Translations under genes and position numbers: made by a program
In this document: positions 19,155 to 28,748 of the stretch, one piece after another
Numbering within the stretch: position 1 is the stretch's first letter
How the letters are laid out: every line of letters starts with the position of its first letter
Origin: an uncultured bacterium
GTDB taxonomy: Bacteria > Patescibacteriota > Dojkabacteria > J137
DNA: 64,000 nt
Assembly (NCBI GenBank): GCA_963700155.1
Contig: OY969472.1
Location: forward strand, 317,511 to 381,510
Direction: 5' to 3'
The notes under the pieces: model-generated
The model's input: only the letters and a program-made list of their open reading frames with translations
Told to the model about the DNA's origin: nothing
Database searches by the model: none

Positions 19155-21620
19155 TCAAAGGACTTCTCTAATAGAATATGATCGATCTGCTAAATCATTT
19201 CCAAACATAATCAAATACTTTGGGTTATATTTCACAACTACTCCCGGATCAGTAAGATTGGCTTGATAATTCAAATCTCTTTTCAAAGATAATGCATTCC
19301 CCGGAGCGCCATTAACAACCATTCCTCCATCTATATACAACCCTTCATATTTATTTGTAGAACCTGGAAGATTGTTTGTAAAAGTTTCAAGTTTCAAGTC
19401 AGTAATTATATATGCTTCAATCTTATCGTAATATGGCTGAGTAGTAGAATCTACAGCAATGGTAGGCGACTTGGCGGCCACAGAAGTAAGATTAACATTA
19501 CCTTTAACTACAAACATACATGCAGAAGCATCATTATTCTCTACAAAATCTGTACTTAAAGTTAAATTACCACTAATAAGGAATATTACCTTAACATCAC
19601 AAACTCCATTACTAATCGTCAAGTCGCCCCCCGATTGTTCAACTATCACTTTATCACCTACTGACACTCCAATTCCATTTGCAATACTTCCATCAATACT
19701 CATATTTCCACTCTTTGTTACTATTGGGCTTTTCTTATTTTTCTCTACTCTATCTTTTACAAGGTCATACCATTTAGAAAAATTACTTGATTTCGGTGGT
19801 TCGACAGCATCATTAGTATAATTTAGTGCATAAGTATCAGTTTTTGAAATCCGTAAGGTTGGTACTATAGTATTTCCACTAATAACAGCATAACTTGAAA
19901 GATAAGGAGTTCCAACATCATTGGCAAATGGTACTTTAAAGTTAGGATTATCTGGTATATTAACTTCAAAACCTAAATTCGCAGAAGCATTTCCAAGATA
20001 ACTAATGATCCACGGTTTTGGTTCAGATACTCCAATTGTTGTTCCCGAAATATTACATGCATTATCTTTTGCAACAAGTTTATATGAATAATTAGCAGGT
20101 ATTCCAGTTGTTTTATATTTATGTAAACCTAAATTACCGGTATTTATACCAGCGTTAGAACCTTGAGGATAATCATATGGTGTATTTCCTAAATTAATTA
20201 CCCCGACACTTGAATCTGTTAATTGTGCTCCACTTGATTTATCAGACCAAATATAAGAATAAATTGTATATAATCCAGAACCTCCTGAATCTGTTGCACC
20301 CCAATTTACGTTAAAAGTTTGGTCAGTATTATAAGTAGGACCGGTTAAAACTGGGCCAGGATTTGCCAAATCAAATCTCCAACTATCTAATTTTATAAAC
20401 ACTTGTGAATCCAATGGTGTTGCATAAGAAGATACTATAGTTCCATCACTATTTTGCATTAATACCATCCCATATACATTATAAGTTCCGCTAGGGAATG
20501 TATTCTCCATTCTTATCTTAAAATTTGCTGTTGCAGTATCTCCACTTACAGTCATTTTAGTATCTACATCTGCTCCTAAGACAGTTGCATGGCCATTTTG
20601 AGTAGTTTCATCTCCACTTGTTATTCCTGACGACCACGTAATATTATTATTCAAGGTACTAACTTTACCATTGGAGTTATTAATTAAAACTCCTATACCA
20701 CCAGCATTTATTGCTTCCTGCTCAACTGTATTAGCATTTACAGTTGGATTATTTTCTCTATATACTGGAACAAAAACTAAATAACTTCCTAAAAAAGTAT
20801 CACTTTCTGGATCTTGAAAAGAAAATGAATAACTAATTGGGTTCTCGGTTTCTCCACTTGGATTATCTGCCCTTCCTGAAATCCCATCCGATATCTTGCA
20901 GGTATTGTCCTGGGTAAAATTATGACTTAAATTTATAGGTGTTTTATTCACTTTAAAACTCCAGACTGAAGAATTTTGAGTACTTTTGCTATTATTTTTC
21001 TGAACAAACCAACAATAATTTGCCCCCCAAGATAATCCACTAACATTTTTATTTAATGTACCTTGAGGTACACTTCCATAATTTGTATAAGTACCAGTAC
21101 AATTTTGACTTATGAATACTGTATAAGTATTTGTGTTTGGGCATCCAGTGCCCCAGGAAGCTGAATCAGACCATTGTAAATTCACTGAGTTATTTGGAAC
21201 AATTGAACCGTTAGCAGGAAAAGACAATGTTGCAGCTCCTGGGGCACTTACTGTACAACAAGATTGAGTATTACAAGCCCTAGAATGGCCACAGCCATCA
21301 GATTGAGTTCCTCCACCACAAGATTTGGAACATGCGCCCCAGTTTGGAGTGCAACCTCCTCCTCCTCCACCAAGGCAGCATCCCATATTAACTTCTCCAT
21401 CACCATTTCTAAAACATCTAACACCTACATTAGGAACATTTTCTGTATGAAATCCTGAGTCACAGGGGTTGCACTCTGGAGCGCATTCTGCAGAAACCCC
21501 AATTATAGAACTAACAACTCCTGAACTTGAGTAATTACTTCCAGTATTGAAAAAGGAAATTACCCCAAGTATAAAAAGTGTTATTAAAACAACAGTTTTA
21601 AGTTTTTTAAAATAATTCAT
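19155..21620 (-). CDS. Secreted Cys-rich surface protein, paralog of 14370..18188 without LamG domains
   Basis: Shared blocks CTPNWGxCSxSCG, FPSGTYNVYG, KWYDLVKDRVEKNK, RDLNYQANLTDPGVV. Confidence 0.85.
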   Translation of the reverse strand: MNYFKKLKTVVLITLFILGVISFFNTGSNYSSSGVVSSIIGVSAECAPECNPCDSGFHTENVPNVGVRCFRNGDGEVNMGCCLGGGGGGCTPNWGACSKSCGGGTQSDGCGHSRACNTQSCCTVSAPGAATLSFPANGSIVPNNSVNLQWSDSASWGTGCPNTNTYTVFISQNCTGTYTNYGSVPQGTLNKNVSGLSWGANYCWFVQKNNSKSTQNSSVWSFKVNKTPINLSHNFTQDNTCKISDGISGRADNPSGETENPISYSFSFQDPESDTFLGSYLVFVPVYRENNPTVNANTVEQEAINAGGIGVLINNSNGKVSTLNNNITWSSGITSGDETTQNGHATVLGADVDTKMTVSGDTATANFKIRMENTFPSGTYNVYGMVLMQNSDGTIVSSYATPLDSQVFIKLDSWRFDLANPGPVLTGPTYNTDQTFNVNWGATDSGGSGLYTIYSYIWSDKSSGAQLTDSSVGVINLGNTPYDYPQGSNAGINTGNLGLHKYKTTGIPANYSYKLVAKDNACNISGTTIGVSEPKPWIISYLGNASANLGFEVNIPDNPNFKVPFANDVGTPYLSSYAVISGNTIVPTLRISKTDTYALNYTNDAVEPPKSSNFSKWYDLVKDRVEKNKKSPIVTKSGNMSIDGSIANGIGVSVGDKVIVEQSGGDLTISNGVCDVKVIFLISGNLTLSTDFVENNDASACMFVVKGNVNLTSVAAKSPTIAVDSTTQPYYDKIEAYIITDLKLETFTNNLPGSTNKYEGLYIDGGMVVNGAPGNALSLKRDLNYQANLTDPGVVVKYNPKYLIMFGNDLADRSYSIREVL

Positions 21621-22006
21621 AAACTAAAAGTTTCAAAAGAATTCTCTAACTTATCCTTACATGAAATATATCTTACCAAGTCCTTATCATTATTAATATT
21701 TTTAATATCAATTTCAATATTAAAATACTTGCATGTATTCTTCGGGACTAAAAGCTCTCCACTTACAAAAAAATTATCAAGAAAATCATTTGCAGTTTTA
21801 TCTTTAATAGGAAAACTAAACGTCTTATTGTTTTCATTAACCAAACTTAAAACATCATTTTGTAAATGTATATTTACTTTTGAAGTATCAATATAAATAG
21901 AATCATAATCATAGTTTTGTATAGTAGTATTAGCTAATTTATATATAGTTAAACCAATAAAAATTATTGAAAGTAATAATAATATTAAAATTAAAAGTTT
22001 TCTCAA
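21617..22006 (-). CDS. Small N-anchored membrane protein (cassette gene B, copy 2)
   Basis: TM; TSK and LLxP..CK motifs shared with 18190..18651; ATGA overlap with the downstream gene. Confidence 0.7.
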   Translation of the reverse strand: MRKLLILILLLLSIIFIGLTIYKLANTTIQNYDYDSIYIDTSKVNIHLQNDVLSLVNENNKTFSFPIKDKTANDFLDNFFVSGELLVPKNTCKYFNIEIDIKNINNDKDLVRYISCKDKLENSFETFSL

Positions 22007-22010
22007 AAAT

Positions 22011-22517
22011 TTAATTTAATAAATAAAACCTGCTTACATAAGGATTTCCTTGTGTACTTTCTGGATAAGATATCTCAAGATCAATTCCACCTATACTCTT
22101 TAATTTATCAATAAAATCTGAATGATTTAATGATTCAGTTTTTAAAGAAACTGTATCAAAATCATATAAACTTCCTGTAAGATATGAATTAGGAATTGTT
22201 AAATCCATAGTTGATTTATTATTATCGTCACCTCCATTAAATTCTCTTAAAGTTGCTTTAGCAAAATTCCCAGTTTCAGGCAGAAATTCTAATGCACTAA
22301 CGAATCCACTATACTCTTTTCTATGAATGATACTTTTTAAAGAAGAATTGTAATTAAAATCATAAAGCCAGCTAACAGATGAAGTTTGAGAACTTTGCTT
22401 AAGTGAACCTATTAATCCCCCTGTGGAATTACCAGTAAAAAAGATAAAAATAACAAATGAAATTATCAAAATAAAAATGGCTATAACTACACCAATATTT
22501 TTCCTTAAGTTTTGCAT
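22011..22517 (-). CDS. Small N-anchored membrane protein (cassette gene A, copy 2)
   Basis: TM; SSxxWL and C-terminal YL motif shared with 18648..19100. Confidence 0.7.
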   Translation of the reverse strand: MQNLRKNIGVVIAIFILIISFVIFIFFTGNSTGGLIGSLKQSSQTSSVSWLYDFNYNSSLKSIIHRKEYSGFVSALEFLPETGNFAKATLREFNGGDDNNKSTMDLTIPNSYLTGSLYDFDTVSLKTESLNHSDFIDKLKSIGGIDLEISYPESTQGNPYVSRFYLLN

Positions 22518-22579
22518 TTCAGCTTCAAAAAATTAACTTAAATTCATTATATATAAATGATGTACTTATATCTATTCTT

Positions 22580-23209
22580 TTAAGAGAAAGCTAGTAAATT
22601 TTTAATTGGGACATAAGAAGTTCTGTGAAGACTACAAATACCGAATTTATGAATTGCAAATCTATGCTCTTTTGTTCCATACCCCTTATGTTTTGCAAAA
22701 CCGTAATTGGGGAATTCCAAATCTAATCTTTGCATTAATCGATCACGCTCTACTTTTGCTAAAATTGATGCTGCTGCAACAGAATAAAAAGTAGAATCTC
22801 CTCGAATTTTTTTTAGTGAATTCTCACTAAAATCTTTAGAAAATTGGCCATCAATTAAAAAATATGTATGGCTATCATCATATTTCTCAATGACTTCTGT
22901 TATTAAATGTTCAACAGTTTTCCCAATGCCAATACTATTAATTTCTTTTAAGCCTCCAAATAAAACTGAGTATTTATGAGTAGAAAGAAAAGAATACACC
23001 TCAGATCGCTCATCTTTTGTTAATTGCTTGGAATCAGTTACTTTTTTTACTGGTTTAGAATCAAATTCATAAATATATGCACCAACTGCTACAGGACCTG
23101 CCCAACATCCTCTTCCTACTTCATCGATACCGATAATTCGTGTATACATACCTGTGCTGAGAAGTTCTTTTTCATGTTTTGGAGTTAAAAATTTTTTCTT
23201 TTTCTTCAT
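22580..23209 (-). CDS. rnhB: Ribonuclease HII
   Basis: GIDEVGRG, DSKQL, AAASILAKVERD, HKGYGT. Confidence 0.96.
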   Translation of the reverse strand: MKKKKKFLTPKHEKELLSTGMYTRIIGIDEVGRGCWAGPVAVGAYIYEFDSKPVKKVTDSKQLTKDERSEVYSFLSTHKYSVLFGGLKEINSIGIGKTVEHLITEVIEKYDDSHTYFLIDGQFSKDFSENSLKKIRGDSTFYSVAAASILAKVERDRLMQRLDLEFPNYGFAKHKGYGTKEHRFAIHKFGICSLHRTSYVPIKNLLAFS

Positions 23210-23224
23210 TAAAAAATTAAATAT

Positions 23225-23632
23225 TTACATTAGTTTGTATTTATCCTGCATTTTTTTTAAATACTCATCAGGCAAAGGGGCTGTGGGTTTTGTATCCAAA
23301 GATACCTGATGAATTGATTCTTTAAATTTTTCATCATCACCTCTGAAAATTTTTACATGAGCATGAGAAACATCTTCACCCATAATAAAAGAATATATTG
23401 AATCTTGACCTGTTACTTTTTGAAAATGCTTTGCAATCTTTTGAGCTACCCTAAAAAGACCTTCTATGTTATCTACATCCCAAACCCATCTAAAGTGTTT
23501 TTTTGGAATCAATATTGTATATCCTTCTGTTTCAGGATAGATATCTAAAAAAGCTAAGAATTCATCATCTTCGTAAATTTTATAAGAAGGTATTTCACCT
23601 TTTAAAATTTTGCAGAAAATACAATCATCCAT
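23225..23632 (-). CDS. HIT-family protein (degenerate triad HAHVK)
   Basis: CIFCKI, AFLDIYP, VSHAHV. Confidence 0.88.
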   Translation of the reverse strand: MDDCIFCKILKGEIPSYKIYEDDEFLAFLDIYPETEGYTILIPKKHFRWVWDVDNIEGLFRVAQKIAKHFQKVTGQDSIYSFIMGEDVSHAHVKIFRGDDEKFKESIHQVSLDTKPTAPLPDEYLKKMQDKYKLM

Positions 23633-23709
23633 ATTTTCAAATATAAAACAGAAATTAATTATATTGTAGCATACGATATTAAAGTGAAATTAAGATGAAA
23701 TAGAAACAA

Positions 23710-23742
23710 AAAAGGGCGGCAATTTTTGATTGCCGCCCTTTT
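23710..23742 (-). terminator. Terminator after rplS
   Basis: AAAAGGGCGGCAAT...ATTGCCGCCCTTTT. Confidence 0.8.
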
Positions 23743-23766
23743 AAAATCTTAATTTATTATTTAATT

Positions 23767-24282
23767 TTATTCTTTATCAATAGATTCTTCTACAACTTCA
23801 GCTTCCTGAGAATTTTCATTTGAAGTATTGTCAACTTCAGATGTAACTCCTAATTCTTCAGGTGTCATTACTGCTTCTTCAGCTTCTTTATGTTCATCAA
23901 TAAATTCCAACTCATCATCTGAAACAAATTGAGCTTTACCTTTCTTAATTCTCATTGCATTCTTTCCTACTCTCTTTCTCATAAAGAATAATTTTGATCT
24001 TCTTACCTCTTCTTTTTTGATAACTTTAATTTTCCCAACATTTGGAGAATAAATTGGAAGTTTTTTCTCAACTCCATATCCCTTACTTATTTTTCTAACT
24101 GTAATCATTCTATCTGTCCCGCTACCGCTTACTGAAATTACCAACCCTCTAAACTTCTGAACTCTTTCTCTTTTTCCCTCTTTAATCAAAGTATCAATTT
24201 CAACAGTATATCCAGGTTTTAAAACTGGAATTCTTTTGTTCAGCATCTTTGATTGTACTTTTTTTAATACTTCTGTGTTCAT
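23767..24282 (-). CDS. rplS: 50S ribosomal protein L19 with acidic C-terminal tail
   Basis: ERVQKFRG, TVRKIS.GYGVEK, VRRSKL. Confidence 0.95.
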   Translation of the reverse strand: MNTEVLKKVQSKMLNKRIPVLKPGYTVEIDTLIKEGKRERVQKFRGLVISVSGSGTDRMITVRKISKGYGVEKKLPIYSPNVGKIKVIKKEEVRRSKLFFMRKRVGKNAMRIKKGKAQFVSDDELEFIDEHKEAEEAVMTPEELGVTSEVDNTSNENSQEAEVVEESIDKE

Positions 24283-24406
24283 GATTATTTAATTTAAAAC
24301 AAGGAATTATAACAGGAAATATGATTAATTAACAATGGTATTAAGAAATTTATTGCTTTTAGGACATAAATTTTAATGCTATAACATAAGTAGTTAATAT
24401 AAAAAT

Positions 24407-24817
24407 ATGGTAATCCTAAAACTACATCCTGTTTTAGAAGATAGAGGATTTTTAAATCAGCTTCCAATTGAGATAAGAGAAATGATTGCAGCAGATCATA
24501 AAACTGCTAAATTACTAGATCAGTATGCAAAAACAATCGATGATATCGAATTTCTTGAAGATCGTGTTAGTGGAAGGAAATACAAATTAATAAATGATCA
24601 TGAACTCAGTTGGGATTTAAAAAATTTCTATATTGAACAAAATGAGTGTGAACAAAGGCAAATAATAAAATTAAATGAAGATTTACATTTTTTAAAAATA
24701 AAAATTTATAGAAGAGCTGTTAAATTAAACAAAAAGTGGAAGTTTTTAGATAGATTTTTCTCCAAAGAATATGAATTTTGGGAAAATCTTCTTAAAAATG
24801 TAAATCTTGAAGGATAA
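24407..24817 (+). CDS. Hypothetical helical protein
   Basis: 136-aa ORF filling the gap. Confidence 0.6.
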   Translation: MVILKLHPVLEDRGFLNQLPIEIREMIAADHKTAKLLDQYAKTIDDIEFLEDRVSGRKYKLINDHELSWDLKNFYIEQNECEQRQIIKLNEDLHFLKIKIYRRAVKLNKKWKFLDRFFSKEYEFWENLLKNVNLEG

Positions 24818-24837
24818 TATAAATTAACATATCTCTA

Positions 24838-24866
24838 TTGCCTTTATAGCCATCATTAAGTATAAT
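24838..24866 (+). promoter_or_regulatory. Sigma70 promoter of rpmH
   Basis: TTGCCT-17 bp-TATAAT. Confidence 0.7.
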
Positions 24867-24892
24867 TAAGCCGTTAAATTAAAGGATCTAAT

Positions 24893-25093
24893 ATGTCAAA
24901 GACACAAGGACCAACATACAATCCAAGCAAGATCAAAAGAGTTAGAAAATTTGGATATATTGCACGAAAATCCACATCTGACGGTAAAAAAGTTCTAAAG
25001 AGAAGAATTCTTAAAGGCAGACATACTCTAACTGTTTCAGAGGAATTCGGCACAAAGATGGCAAAGAATAAAAAATTCTCCAGAAGAAGATAA
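24893..25093 (+). CDS. rpmH: 50S ribosomal protein L34 with C-terminal extension
   Basis: TYNPSKIKRVRKFG..AR..T..G.KVLKRR..KGR..L. Confidence 0.9.
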   Translation: MSKTQGPTYNPSKIKRVRKFGYIARKSTSDGKKVLKRRILKGRHTLTVSEEFGTKMAKNKKFSRRR

Positions 25094-25098
25094 ATTTC

Positions 25099-26838
25099 TT
25101 AAAGATTTTTAAATTTAATAATTAGGTTATTAAGTCTACTTAGAAGTTCATCGTTTTCAGGTTCTAAATTGAGTAATCTTTTTAAACTTAAAATTTCATT
25201 TCTAACAGATCGTTTTTGCATTCTTGAATATACATTTTCCAGTTCTTTATCTAAATATTTTATTTCAGTTGCATCGAACATAAGCATATCTTCTAAACTT
25301 TTTTTTGAATCTTCATCTAAAAATTGTGATATTTTCAATAGATCTTTGTTATCACCTGCCTTATAGTATTCTACAAAAATTTTCTTACAGACCTCATCTT
25401 TAAAAAAAGATTCATTAAGATCTTTAAATTTGGAAATTGAATCAGTTTGTATTAAAAGCGAAAGGAAATATCTTTCTATTTTTTGTACTGGTGAAATAGT
25501 TTTAGAAGAACTTGGAATTTCTGACTTATCTGAATCTTCTTGAGGGGCGAGCCGAAGGCTCGCCCCTTTTTTTAACTTTTCTCTTAAAATCTCTTCATCA
25601 ATTTCTAATATCATAGCAACTTCTTTTATATAATGACTTAACTCAACTTCATTTTTAATTGATTTTAGTACTGGGAATATTTTTTTATCAAAAGTTGTCT
25701 TACCATCTAAAGCATTCAAATCTAAATCTGAAGATAGTTTTTCAATCAAATATTCAACAGTATTTTTTGCACTTTTTACTCTTTTTTCCCATTCATCAGG
25801 TACCTTACAAATTAATTCATCAGCATCTTGAAAACCTGTAATATCAACAACTTTATGTTCTAATCCAATAATCTCTGCTAGTTCTAATCCGCGAATTAAA
25901 GCTTTAGTTCCAGCATCATCAGTATCAAAACAAAAATAAATTTGTTCACAAAATCTCTTAATTAATTTAGCTTGATTTAACGTAAAAGCTGTACCAAGTG
26001 GAGCTATAATATTTTTTATTCCAGCTCGATGAGATGAAAGAATATCAATATTACCTTCAACAATTATGACAAAGTTTTCCTTACGCATTGTTTCTTTAGC
26101 CTGAAAGATTCCATATAAGATTTCATTCTTTTTATAAACAAGTGTTTCAGGGGAATTTAAATATTTTGGAGCAAATTTGCTTTCCCCAATATATCTTCCA
26201 CTAAATCCTATAATATCGCCTCTTAGATTAAAAATAGGCTGAAGGAGTCTGTTCCTAAATTTATCTATTATACTTTTCTCTCTTTCAACCAAGAGTCCCC
26301 ATTTTATTAATTCTTGTTCACTAAACCCTTTAGAAGTTAAGAATTTTTTTAAATTAGTTCTTGAGTTTGGAGCAAATCCAATCAAAAAGTCCTCAATTCT
26401 TCTTGCATCAATTTGTCGTTTTTGAGCATATTCTCTTCCTGGTTTACCTGTTTTATGAGTTTTTAAAATATAGTTATAAAATTTAGCAGCTAAAGTATTA
26501 GCTTCAACAATTCTTTTTTTCTCTTCTTCAAGTTTTGAATCTTTTGAAAAGTTATTATTTTCTAAAGTAACACCAGCTTTTTCTGCGGCAAGGCGGAGAG
26601 CGTCTGGAAATTCAAGACGCTCAATTTCTTGTATAAAATTTATTACGTCACCCGCCTTGCCGCATCCAAAACACTTATATATTTGTAAACTTGGGTTGAC
26701 CATGAATGATGGTGTTTTTTCCTGATGGAATGGGCAGCAGGCTTTGTAATTTGCTCCGGCCCGTTTAAGATCTGGAACATAAGATCCGATAACTTCAACT
26801 ATATCTAATTTTGCTTTTACATTTTCTATGTCAGACAT
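25099..26838 (-). CDS. dnaG: DNA primase
   Basis: CPFHQEKTPSF...CFGC zinc ribbon, KYLNSPET, VEG, FDTDDAG. Confidence 0.96.
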   Translation of the reverse strand: MSDIENVKAKLDIVEVIGSYVPDLKRAGANYKACCPFHQEKTPSFMVNPSLQIYKCFGCGKAGDVINFIQEIERLEFPDALRLAAEKAGVTLENNNFSKDSKLEEEKKRIVEANTLAAKFYNYILKTHKTGKPGREYAQKRQIDARRIEDFLIGFAPNSRTNLKKFLTSKGFSEQELIKWGLLVEREKSIIDKFRNRLLQPIFNLRGDIIGFSGRYIGESKFAPKYLNSPETLVYKKNEILYGIFQAKETMRKENFVIIVEGNIDILSSHRAGIKNIIAPLGTAFTLNQAKLIKRFCEQIYFCFDTDDAGTKALIRGLELAEIIGLEHKVVDITGFQDADELICKVPDEWEKRVKSAKNTVEYLIEKLSSDLDLNALDGKTTFDKKIFPVLKSIKNEVELSHYIKEVAMILEIDEEILREKLKKGASLRLAPQEDSDKSEIPSSSKTISPVQKIERYFLSLLIQTDSISKFKDLNESFFKDEVCKKIFVEYYKAGDNKDLLKISQFLDEDSKKSLEDMLMFDATEIKYLDKELENVYSRMQKRSVRNEILSLKRLLNLEPENDELLSRLNNLIIKFKNL

Positions 26839-26885
26839 ATTTTTAATGAGAATATTTTGATTGTAACATTAGTATTACCACTAAT

Positions 26886-27524
26886 TTAAAATTCAGGATA
26901 TCCTAATAACTTGTATAGTGCTCTTCGATAATCTAATGTTAATAAATTTGAATTTTGAATGTCTTTAATTTCTGGAACACTTTTTTCACCTATTGGAATA
27001 TCTTCTGTTTCATCAATAAATCTTGGATTGCATAATTCAAAAAACCTGAATCTTTTGCCCTCTGGGACTATCCATGTAAATATCCAGTTTTCACCTAAAA
27101 AAATCACATTATTCCTGTTCCTTATCGCATTCCAATAGCCTTGATAAACTTTTTTATCTGGAGCTTGGGCAAGAAAATATGCTTCACCAGCAACTGGGAC
27201 CTCCATAAAAACCCGCTTTGAAGAAAAATATTGAATTGGAGTTCTTTCTAAAACTATTATGTCTGCAAGATCAATATTTTTATCATAATTTAATACATCA
27301 GTTCCTTCAATTAGATACATATCTATAAAAATACCCCTATTTTGCATTGAATCTTCTTTTCTCAACAATCTTACCTTATATGTTTGACCCCCAATTTTAA
27401 AACTATCTAATTTCCCATTTTTCATTATGTGTGAAAAATCACTATCAGGACTAGGCTTAACGATTGGAATATCTATTTTTGAAATATTTATTTTTTTCAT
27501 CTTATTATGAACACATTTTAACAT
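26886..27524 (-). CDS. Hypothetical protein
   Basis: 212-aa ORF. Confidence 0.6.
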   Translation of the reverse strand: MLKCVHNKMKKINISKIDIPIVKPSPDSDFSHIMKNGKLDSFKIGGQTYKVRLLRKEDSMQNRGIFIDMYLIEGTDVLNYDKNIDLADIIVLERTPIQYFSSKRVFMEVPVAGEAYFLAQAPDKKVYQGYWNAIRNRNNVIFLGENWIFTWIVPEGKRFRFFELCNPRFIDETEDIPIGEKSVPEIKDIQNSNLLTLDYRRALYKLLGYPEF

Positions 27525-27580
27525 TAGGATAAAAATTTCAGTTCTGCTAAAATTTATCTAATATATTTTTAAAAAACCTT

Positions 27581-28053
27581 ATGAATATTTATATTGCATC
27601 TGACCACGGAGGATTTGAACTTAAAAATAAACTTGTAGATTTTTTAACTGCTTCAGTTGAACTTTCACAACAGTTAGGAACATTGTCTATAAATGACTTA
27701 GGTCCAAATGAGTTAATTGAAGAAGATGATTATCCTGATTATGCTTTTAAAGTTGCTGAAAAAGTTGCAGAAAGTTTAGGTTCTTTGGGCATTTTAATAT
27801 GTAGATCTGGTAATGGGATGGTTATTGCTGCAAATAAAGTTAAAAGGATCATATGCTGCCTTAGCTTTCACTGAGAAACATGCGCAGATGGCAAAAAATG
27901 ATGATAATGCAAATATATTATGTTTAGATTCTGATTATGAAGATTTTGAAACACATAAAAAAATTGTCATAGCTTTCTTAACTACTCCATTCTCTAATGA
28001 AGAAAGACATCAAACGAAGGTTTAATAAAATAAAAGCCTTCGAAGAAAAGTAA
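27581..28053 (+). CDS. rpiB: Ribose-5-phosphate isomerase B family (two +1 frameshifts, probably sequencing errors)
   Basis: IASDHGG, DDYPDY, GILICRSGNG, ANKVKG, DDNANIL, RH; extra A near 27843 and 28013. Confidence 0.85.
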
Positions 28054-28069
28054 TCATTGTTAATAATAA

Positions 28070-28095
28070 AAAGCGGGCCGTAAACGGCCCGCTTT
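28070..28095. terminator. Bidirectional terminator
   Basis: AAAGCGGGCCG-TAAA-CGGCCCGCTTT. Confidence 0.8.
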
Positions 28096-28112
28096 CTTAA
28101 ATCATTTATAAT

Positions 28113-28727
28113 TTAATTGTATACTAGAGTAATAACAGAAGTAGTATTCCCATTATCTACTCCATCAGAAATTCCAACAGTTAATGTTTTACTATCTTTC
28201 TGAGCTTGAATTGAATAAGTCGATAAGTAGTTAGAATCTGTTGTAATTGTCCATCCATTTGTAGCCAATTCAGATTTATAGAATTGATAAATATCTGAAG
28301 ATTTTGCATTTGCAGATAAGACCACATCTATTTCCCCGTTTGAGACGCTAGAACCTGAAACCGATGCTCCTGTATACACTGGTACATCTGAAGGGAAACC
28401 ATCCGGTAAATTTGTACCAAATGATACATTATTATCACTTGTTGAGTTATTGTCATTCGTCATATTATCACCTGATGAGTTTTGATCTTGTTGTGCATTA
28501 GATACACTATCCTGCAATTGATTTAAAATATCGTTTGCACTTCTATTTGTAAAATAATAAACTCCTGCTCCGGCTAACCCTAAACATAGACATAAAAGTA
28601 GCACAACAACAATTATAATTATTAATGCCTTATTGCCTTTCTTCTTAGGCATATTTGAATTCGTGCTCATATCAGCCGGAGCTGGCTTATTTTCAGATTG
28701 TTCCATAGTTTTTGTTTCGTCTGCCAT
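28113..28727 (-). CDS. Single-TM protein with extracellular C-terminal domain (paralog 1)
   Basis: TM containing CLC; PVYTGA...FYKSELATNGW. Confidence 0.75.
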   Translation of the reverse strand: MADETKTMEQSENKPAPADMSTNSNMPKKKGNKALIIIIVVVLLLCLCLGLAGAGVYYFTNRSANDILNQLQDSVSNAQQDQNSSGDNMTNDNNSTSDNNVSFGTNLPDGFPSDVPVYTGASVSGSSVSNGEIDVVLSANAKSSDIYQFYKSELATNGWTITTDSNYLSTYSIQAQKDSKTLTVGISDGVDNGNTTSVITLVYN

Positions 28728-28748
28728 AAATTCTTTTTTAATAAATAA

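Noticed and set aside
799-28095. Intergenic GC hairpins (799, 11571, 23710, 28070) as a CRISPR or REP family
   Set aside because: They are dispersed, differ in sequence, and sit at gene 3' ends with A/T tails, so they are ordinary terminators. No cas genes or spaced repeats are present.
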